DNA of 64,000 nucleotides. Origin: an uncultured Actinomycetes bacterium (GTDB taxonomy: Bacteria; Actinomycetota; Acidimicrobiia; Spongiisociales; DATADW01). Positions 59,314-64,000 of the stretch are shown piece by piece (positions within the stretch are counted from its first letter, which is position 1; every line of letters begins with the position of its first letter). The DNA is taken from the NCBI GenBank assembly GCA_963824995.1, contig CAWGRK010000009.1:109934-173933 (forward strand). The letters are read 5' to 3'. Both the position numbers and the translations under genes were made by a program. The notes below the pieces were generated by a model. The model ran no database searches, was not told the DNA's origin, and worked only from the letters and a program-made list of their open reading frames with translations.

Positions 59314-60675
59314 ATGAGAGTGCTCCTCGCCGCCGCCGAGATGTCCCCGCTGGCCCGCACAGGTGGGTTGGGGGAGGCGGTGGCCGGGTTGGCAGCGGCG
59401 CTGGCCGGCAAAGGGGTGGAGGCCGGCGTGGTGATGCCCCGCTACCGCCACCTACAGGAGCTCGGTGAGCCGGTTGGTCCAGCCGGGCCGGCTCAGGTCG
59501 TGTACCGGCACCAGCAGGGCGACGTCGAGGTATTCCTGGTGGACGACCCGCCGGCGTTCGACCGCCAGGGGATATATGGGCCGGCCCCAGGGACGGGATA
59601 TGCCGACGAGTGGTGGCGGTGGGGCCGCTTCTCCCGGGCGGTGGTGGCCATGTCGGGGTCGTGGGACCTTCTCCATGTCCACGATGGCCATGCCGGTCCG
59701 GCTTGCATGCTCTCCCCGGTCCCGTCGGTGATCACCATCCACAACGCCGGGTATGCGGTCATGGGACCACTCGTCGAGAGCGCCATCCTTCTCGGTGTGA
59801 GCCTGGAGCACGTCATACCGCAAGGTGCACTCGAGTGGTGGGGGTCGGCCCACTACCTGAAGGCGGGAATCGTCGGGGCGGACCGGGTTACCACGGTCAG
59901 CCCTGGTTTCGCCGCCCAGTTGTACTGGGACTCGGCCGTGTCCGGTGCCCTCGACGGTGTGATCAGCTCGCTGCCACACCCGGTGACTGGGATCCTCAAC
60001 GGGATCGACACCGCGGTGTGGGACCCGGCTACCGACCCGTCTCTGCCCACGACCTACGGCCCGGGCAGGGTTTGGAGGAGAAAGGGGAACCGGGAGACGC
60101 TGCTCGACCTCGCCGGGCTGGACGACGGCTTCCTCCTCGGCAACGTCGGGCGAATGTCGGCCCAGAAGGGGATCGACCTGCTCGATCCGGTCATCGACCG
60201 TCTTTGCGACGAGGGGATCCGTCTCGTGCTGGTAGGCAACGGCGAGCTCGATCCGCTGGTGGATGGCTGGTCGGGGCGGCATCCCACCGCCATCAGGCAC
60301 CTCCCCTACGACGAGCAACTGGCCCGCCTCGTTTACGGGGGTGCAGACGCCTACCTGATGCCGTCGCTGTTCGAGCCCTGCGGGATCGGCCAGATGTACG
60401 CCATGCGCTACGGCTGCCCGCCAATCGTCCACCTCACCGGTGGCCTCAACGACACGGTCGTGGACCTCGACGAGGACCCGGACGGCGGGATGGGTTTTGG
60501 CTTCCGGCTTCCCATCGTCGAGGAGATGGCCAAGTCGATCCGTCGCGCCGTGCGCGTGTCGAGGAGAGACCGGTCTGCCTGGCGATCCATGCAGCGCCGC
60601 GGCATGGAGCACGACTGGTCGTGGGACGCCGCCGCCGACCGCTACCTCGAGGTCTACCGCCAAGCGATGGGGTGA
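59314..60675 (+). CDS. glgA: Glycogen (starch) synthase, GT5
   Basis: MRVLLAAAEMSPLARTGGLGEAV, HVHDGHAG and PSLFEPCGIGQMYAMRYG. Confidence 0.9.
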   Translation: MRVLLAAAEMSPLARTGGLGEAVAGLAAALAGKGVEAGVVMPRYRHLQELGEPVGPAGPAQVVYRHQQGDVEVFLVDDPPAFDRQGIYGPAPGTGYADEWWRWGRFSRAVVAMSGSWDLLHVHDGHAGPACMLSPVPSVITIHNAGYAVMGPLVESAILLGVSLEHVIPQGALEWWGSAHYLKAGIVGADRVTTVSPGFAAQLYWDSAVSGALDGVISSLPHPVTGILNGIDTAVWDPATDPSLPTTYGPGRVWRRKGNRETLLDLAGLDDGFLLGNVGRMSAQKGIDLLDPVIDRLCDEGIRLVLVGNGELDPLVDGWSGRHPTAIRHLPYDEQLARLVYGGADAYLMPSLFEPCGIGQMYAMRYGCPPIVHLTGGLNDTVVDLDEDPDGGMGFGFRLPIVEEMAKSIRRAVRVSRRDRSAWRSMQRRGMEHDWSWDAAADRYLEVYRQAMG

Positions 60676-60682
60676 ACCTCGC

Positions 60683-61723
60683 TCATCCCGCGCCGAGGAA
60701 CCGCTTCATCGCCGCCATTGCGAGGTCGAGGTTGGAGGCGGCGACGCTCTCGGTTGCCTGGTGGGCCTGCGCCACCTCACCCGGACCGTAGTTGACCGCC
60801 GGTATCCCGCGGGCGGTCAACCGGGCGACGTCGGTCCACGCCTGCTTGGGAGTACGAGGTGCACCAGTGGCGCGTTCCATCCTGTCGAGCAACGGATTTC
60901 CCTCGGGGACCGGAGCCGCCGGCGCCCGATCGAGCACCACAACCTCGTCGGCAGGCCCAGCGATCTCGCGGAGACGCTGCTCGGCCTCCTCAAGGGTGAA
61001 GCACGGCGGGAAACGGTGATTGAGGTTGATTTCGAACGAAGGTGGGATCACGTTGCGCGCTATCCCACCGTGGGCCGTGGTAACCGAGAACACCTCGAGA
61101 TACTCCAGCCCGGAAACCGTGAACGGCTCGGGTGCCTGGTGGTGGAGCATCGCCAGCCACTCCCCCGCCTTGGTCACCGCGTTCTCCCCGAGCCAGGGAC
61201 GGGCGCTGTGCGCCGACCGTCCGCTGAAGGTGACCGTGGCGTTGAGAACTCCCTGGCAGCCCAACTGCAGCTCTAGGTCGGTGGGCTCCATCACCACGGC
61301 GAAGTCGGCTTCGGCCAGCCAGGGGAAGGCGTCGAGGGTCGGCTCCAGGCCGTTGTCGGCGGCAGGGCCTTCCTCCCTGTCGTAGAACACCCCAACCACG
61401 TCGTACGGTCCTCTTGCCACCTCGGGGTCGTCGAGCAGTTGGGCCATCACTGCCAGTCCCGACTTCATGTCGGAGGCCCCCACCCCGTTGACCCTGCCGT
61501 CGGCGATGTGGGCCGGCGGCTGACCCTGGTACGGCACGGTGTCGAGGTGGCCGACCAGCAGGACGAGCGGACGGTCGCCCGCCGCCCCGACAACGAGGTT
61601 GTTGCCGTGGCGGGAGACCGGCCGACCGGCCCAGCGGGCGGCGAGATGGTCGGTCAATTCCTTCTCATCACCCGTGACCGATCCGATGTCGATCAGTTGG
61701 ATCAGGGTCTCGGTGAGGGTCAC
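60683..61723 (-). CDS. dapE: Succinyl-diaminopimelate desuccinylase (M20 family)
   Basis: GTG 61723 overlaps the dapD stop (GTGA). Motifs LLVGHLDTVP, GVGASDMKSG and VVMEPT. The upstream 223 codons of ORF 60683..62392 overlap dapD out of frame. Confidence 0.85.
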   Translation of the reverse strand: MTLTETLIQLIDIGSVTGDEKELTDHLAARWAGRPVSRHGNNLVVGAAGDRPLVLLVGHLDTVPYQGQPPAHIADGRVNGVGASDMKSGLAVMAQLLDDPEVARGPYDVVGVFYDREEGPAADNGLEPTLDAFPWLAEADFAVVMEPTDLELQLGCQGVLNATVTFSGRSAHSARPWLGENAVTKAGEWLAMLHHQAPEPFTVSGLEYLEVFSVTTAHGGIARNVIPPSFEINLNHRFPPCFTLEEAEQRLREIAGPADEVVVLDRAPAAPVPEGNPLLDRMERATGAPRTPKQAWTDVARLTARGIPAVNYGPGEVAQAHQATESVAASNLDLAMAAMKRFLGAG

Positions 61724-62526
61724 ACGGACACCTCGTGGGTGCGAAGTGCCTCTTCGAGCGAGGTCTTCTCGTCGGTGGATGCGGTGCGGTGGCCGATGAT
61801 GAGAGCGCACGGGACCTGGTACGTCCCGGCGGGAAACTCCTTGGGGCGGGTTCCGGGTATCACCACCGACCGAGCGGGGACCCGGCCCCGGTACTCCGCC
61901 GGCTCGTCTCCGGTGACGTCCATGATCAAGGTGGACGAGGTGATGGTGACGTTGGCCCCGAGGACCGCCCCCTCTTCCACCAGCACGCCTTCGACCAGAA
62001 TGCAGCGGCTCCCGATGAACGCCCCGTCCTCGACGACCACCGGCCGGGCGGAGGGCGGTTCGAGCACACCACCGATGCCCACCCCACCCGAGAGGTGCAC
62101 GCCGCGCCCGATCTGGGCGCAGGATCCGACGGTGGCCCAGGTGTCCACCATGCTGCCGCTTCCAACCCGGGCGCCGATGTTGACGAAGCCGGGCATCACA
62201 ACCACCCCCGGCTCGCAGAAGGCGCCGTACCTGATCATTCCCGGCGGGACGACGCGAACCCCGGCGGCCGCCAGTTTGGTCTTGGTCGGGATCCTGTCGT
62301 TCCATTCGAATGGCCCAACCTCGAACGCCTCCATGGGGCGCAGCCTGAAGTAGAGGAGGATGGCCCGCTTCACCCATTCGTTGACCACCCACTCGCTTCC
62401 GGCTTTCTCGGCGACCCTGATCTCACCTGCGTCGAGGGCGGCGATGGCATCCTCGACCGCCGTGGCGGCGTCATCCAACCGGTCGAGATCGAAGTAAGCG
62501 GCGTCGATCACCTCCGTGTCGATCAT
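61720..62526 (-). CDS. dapD: Tetrahydrodipicolinate N-succinyltransferase
   Basis: Hexapeptide-repeat core GARVGSGSMVDTWATVGSCAQIGRGVHLSGGVGIGGVLEP. ATGA-coupled to dapC. Confidence 0.9.
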   Translation of the reverse strand: MIDTEVIDAAYFDLDRLDDAATAVEDAIAALDAGEIRVAEKAGSEWVVNEWVKRAILLYFRLRPMEAFEVGPFEWNDRIPTKTKLAAAGVRVVPPGMIRYGAFCEPGVVVMPGFVNIGARVGSGSMVDTWATVGSCAQIGRGVHLSGGVGIGGVLEPPSARPVVVEDGAFIGSRCILVEGVLVEEGAVLGANVTITSSTLIMDVTGDEPAEYRGRVPARSVVIPGTRPKEFPAGTYQVPCALIIGHRTASTDEKTSLEEALRTHEVSV

Positions 62527-63662
62527 CCGAGGGCGCGCTCCAGGACATGAACGGCCTGCTCGCACTCGTCCACCGTGGGGACCAGGGCGAGCCGCAGGAA
62601 CCCCTCGCCCCCCGGTCCAAACGCTCGTCCGGGAGAAACCACCACCCCGTGGGTGAGAAGCCGCTCGGCAGCGTCGAGGTCGTCACCGACCTGCACCCAG
62701 CAATAGAGGCCGGCGCGCGATGCGACCAGGTCGACACCGAGCGCCTCGAACGCCTTGCGGAGGATCGACCGCTTGCGGGAAAACGTCTCGCGTCGGGTGG
62801 CGACGTGCTCGTCGTCTCCCCACGCCGCGATGGCGGCGCTCTGCACGAACTCCGGTGAGGCGGTACCGGTCGAGGTGCGAAGCGAGCGGAGCAGCGCGAT
62901 TGCGGATGCGTCTCCCACGATGACGCCGCTGCGGTAACCGGTCATCCCCGACCTCTTGGAGAGCGAGAGGTAGCTGAGCACGCCCTCCATTGACGGGCCC
63001 GCCACCTGGAGCACCGAGGCCGGCGGCTCGTCCTCGTAGAGATCGGCGTAGCACTCGTCGGCGCAGAGCAGCGCGTTCGAAGCACTTGCGGCTGCGTGGA
63101 GTTCCTCCAGGTCGTCCCGCGATGTCACCGCGCCAGTCGGGTTGTGTGGCGAGCAGGTCCAGATGAGGGTCGCCTTGTCCAGGGCCTCCTGGGAGATGTC
63201 TGAAGCACGGAGGACGAAATCGCCGCCGAGCCGCACCGGGTAGCCGTCGGCCCCGGCGAGCAGGGCTCCGCGTTCGTAGATGGGGTACCCCGGTGTCGCC
63301 CAGACCACGGCGTCGCCGCGATCCCGGTCGACGAAGGCGAGCGGTGTGGAGAAGATCGCCTCCTTGGACCCCGCCACCGGGAGCACCTGGCTCTCCGGAT
63401 CGACTTCGACCCCGAACCGCCGTCCGACGTAGCCGACGACGGCCTGGCGCAATTCGGCTAGCCCCGCGGTGGTCGGGTACTGCGAGATCTCGGGCACCGC
63501 CTCGCGCAACGCATCACGGATGAACTCGGGGGTTGGCTCCCTCGGGTCGCCGATCGAGAAGTCGATCAGCGGCTCCCCGGCCGCCCGCATCGCCCTGGCC
63601 CGTTCCTGGATGGTGGCGATCGGGTAGGTCCCGAGACGATCCAGAACTGGGTTGGTCCTCAT
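62523..63662 (-). CDS. dapC: Class I/II aminotransferase, probable succinyldiaminopimelate aminotransferase
   Basis: IDFSIGDPREPTP, NPTGAV and LSLSKRSGMTGYRSG (PLP-Lys). First gene of the dapCDE chain. ATG 63662. Confidence 0.8.
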   Translation of the reverse strand: MRTNPVLDRLGTYPIATIQERARAMRAAGEPLIDFSIGDPREPTPEFIRDALREAVPEISQYPTTAGLAELRQAVVGYVGRRFGVEVDPESQVLPVAGSKEAIFSTPLAFVDRDRGDAVVWATPGYPIYERGALLAGADGYPVRLGGDFVLRASDISQEALDKATLIWTCSPHNPTGAVTSRDDLEELHAAASASNALLCADECYADLYEDEPPASVLQVAGPSMEGVLSYLSLSKRSGMTGYRSGVIVGDASAIALLRSLRTSTGTASPEFVQSAAIAAWGDDEHVATRRETFSRKRSILRKAFEALGVDLVASRAGLYCWVQVGDDLDAAERLLTHGVVVSPGRAFGPGGEGFLRLALVPTVDECEQAVHVLERALG

Positions 63663-63690
63663 CCTCGGCGAGGGTAGACCGGTAGCTGCC

Positions 63691-63857
63691 AACCCTGGGT
63701 TGCGGGGTTGGCGGCGTCACCGTCCGAACCGTGGGCTGGAAACGCTGGTGCGACGTTTCGAACCCTGGGTTGGGGGTTGGCGGCGTCACCGTCCGAACCG
63801 TGGGCTGGAAACGCTGTGGTGCGACGTTTCGAACCCTGGGTTGGGGGGTTGGCGGCC
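63691..63857. repeat. Tandem direct repeat, about 2.4 copies of a 70/71-bp unit
   Basis: Units are 63691-63760, 63761-63831 and the partial 63832-63857. They begin AACCCTGGGTTG(C/G)GGGGTTGGCGGCGTCACCGTCCGAACCGTGGGCTGGAAACGCTG..GCGACGTTTCG and are almost identical. The repeat lies in the divergent region between dapC and the next gene. Confidence 0.9.
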
Positions 63858-63871
63858 ATACACTCGGAACT

Positions 63872-64000
63872 ATGACCCCTGCTCGCTACCGGCTCGTTCT
63901 AGGTGGGCTCGGGCTTGCTTTGGTGGCCGTCGTAGTCCTCGCCATCGCATTCGGGTCACCTGAGGGGGAAGCACCCGACCGGCCGGCGGCGCTGGAACGG
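63872..64000 (+). CDS. Start of a membrane-anchored protein (3' end outside window)
   Basis: ATG 63872 gives MTPARYRLVLGGLGLALVAVVVLAIAFGSPEGEAPDRPAALE, open to the window edge. Confidence 0.35.
   Translation, partial: MTPARYRLVLGGLGLALVAVVVLAIAFGSPEGEAPDRPAALER

Noticed and set aside
60683-62392. Long N-terminal extensions of real genes: dapE as 569 aa, qor as 402 aa (58203..59411), serA as 593 aa, the epimerase as 422 aa, and glgA from 59044.
   Set aside because: The extensions are Arg-rich junk, overlap neighbouring genes or intergenic repeats, and homolog-like sequence begins at internal ATG/GTG/TTG starts with RBS or stop-start coupling.
63691-63857. Possible CRISPR array.
   Set aside because: The units are directly contiguous 70-bp copies with no unique spacers, there are only about 2.4 copies, and there are no cas genes in the window apart from a solitary Cas4-like nuclease fold 55 kb away.

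Overview
High-GC, actinobacterial-type chromosomal segment, densely coding on both strands. I count about 65 protein genes and 3 tRNAs, and no rRNA, CRISPR, transposase or integrase. Core housekeeping blocks are tightly translationally coupled (ATGA/GTGA overlaps): ilvE-hyp-FAH-gltX followed by tRNA-Glu, serA, gatCAB, dapC-dapD-dapE, glgA, pyk, cspA and a tRNA-Gln/tRNA-Glu pair. Accessory genes lie between them. These include a tandem dynamin-like GTPase pair next to two PD-(D/E)xK nuclease-fold genes, and a 1253-aa double-cyclase/STAND/TPR protein. There is also an N-terminal-LuxR/NB-ARC/TPR regulator, a large S8 protease, an S9 peptidase and a VanW-like protein. Further accessory genes are a DUF222-HNH gene, two thiol-redox modules, an LLM-monooxygenase/MarR/FMN-reductase operon, and a small-ORF/CGNR zinc-finger operon with a conspicuous AT-rich promoter. 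Three things stand out beyond the gene list. (1) About 13 genes are split between reading frames, or carry an in-frame stop, at roughly 20 positions, many of them short G/C homopolymers. (2) A heptamer-repeat element, ATTGGCCGC(CGTCYGC)n, recurs in five intergenic regions, mostly just upstream of operon-leading genes. (3) Other structured or repetitive non-coding DNA is present: a 70-bp tandem repeat, a canonical G3N4 G-quadruplex tract, and shared GC-run hairpin motifs. All calls rest on reading the translations and the sequence by eye. No database search was possible, and frameshift positions are approximate.
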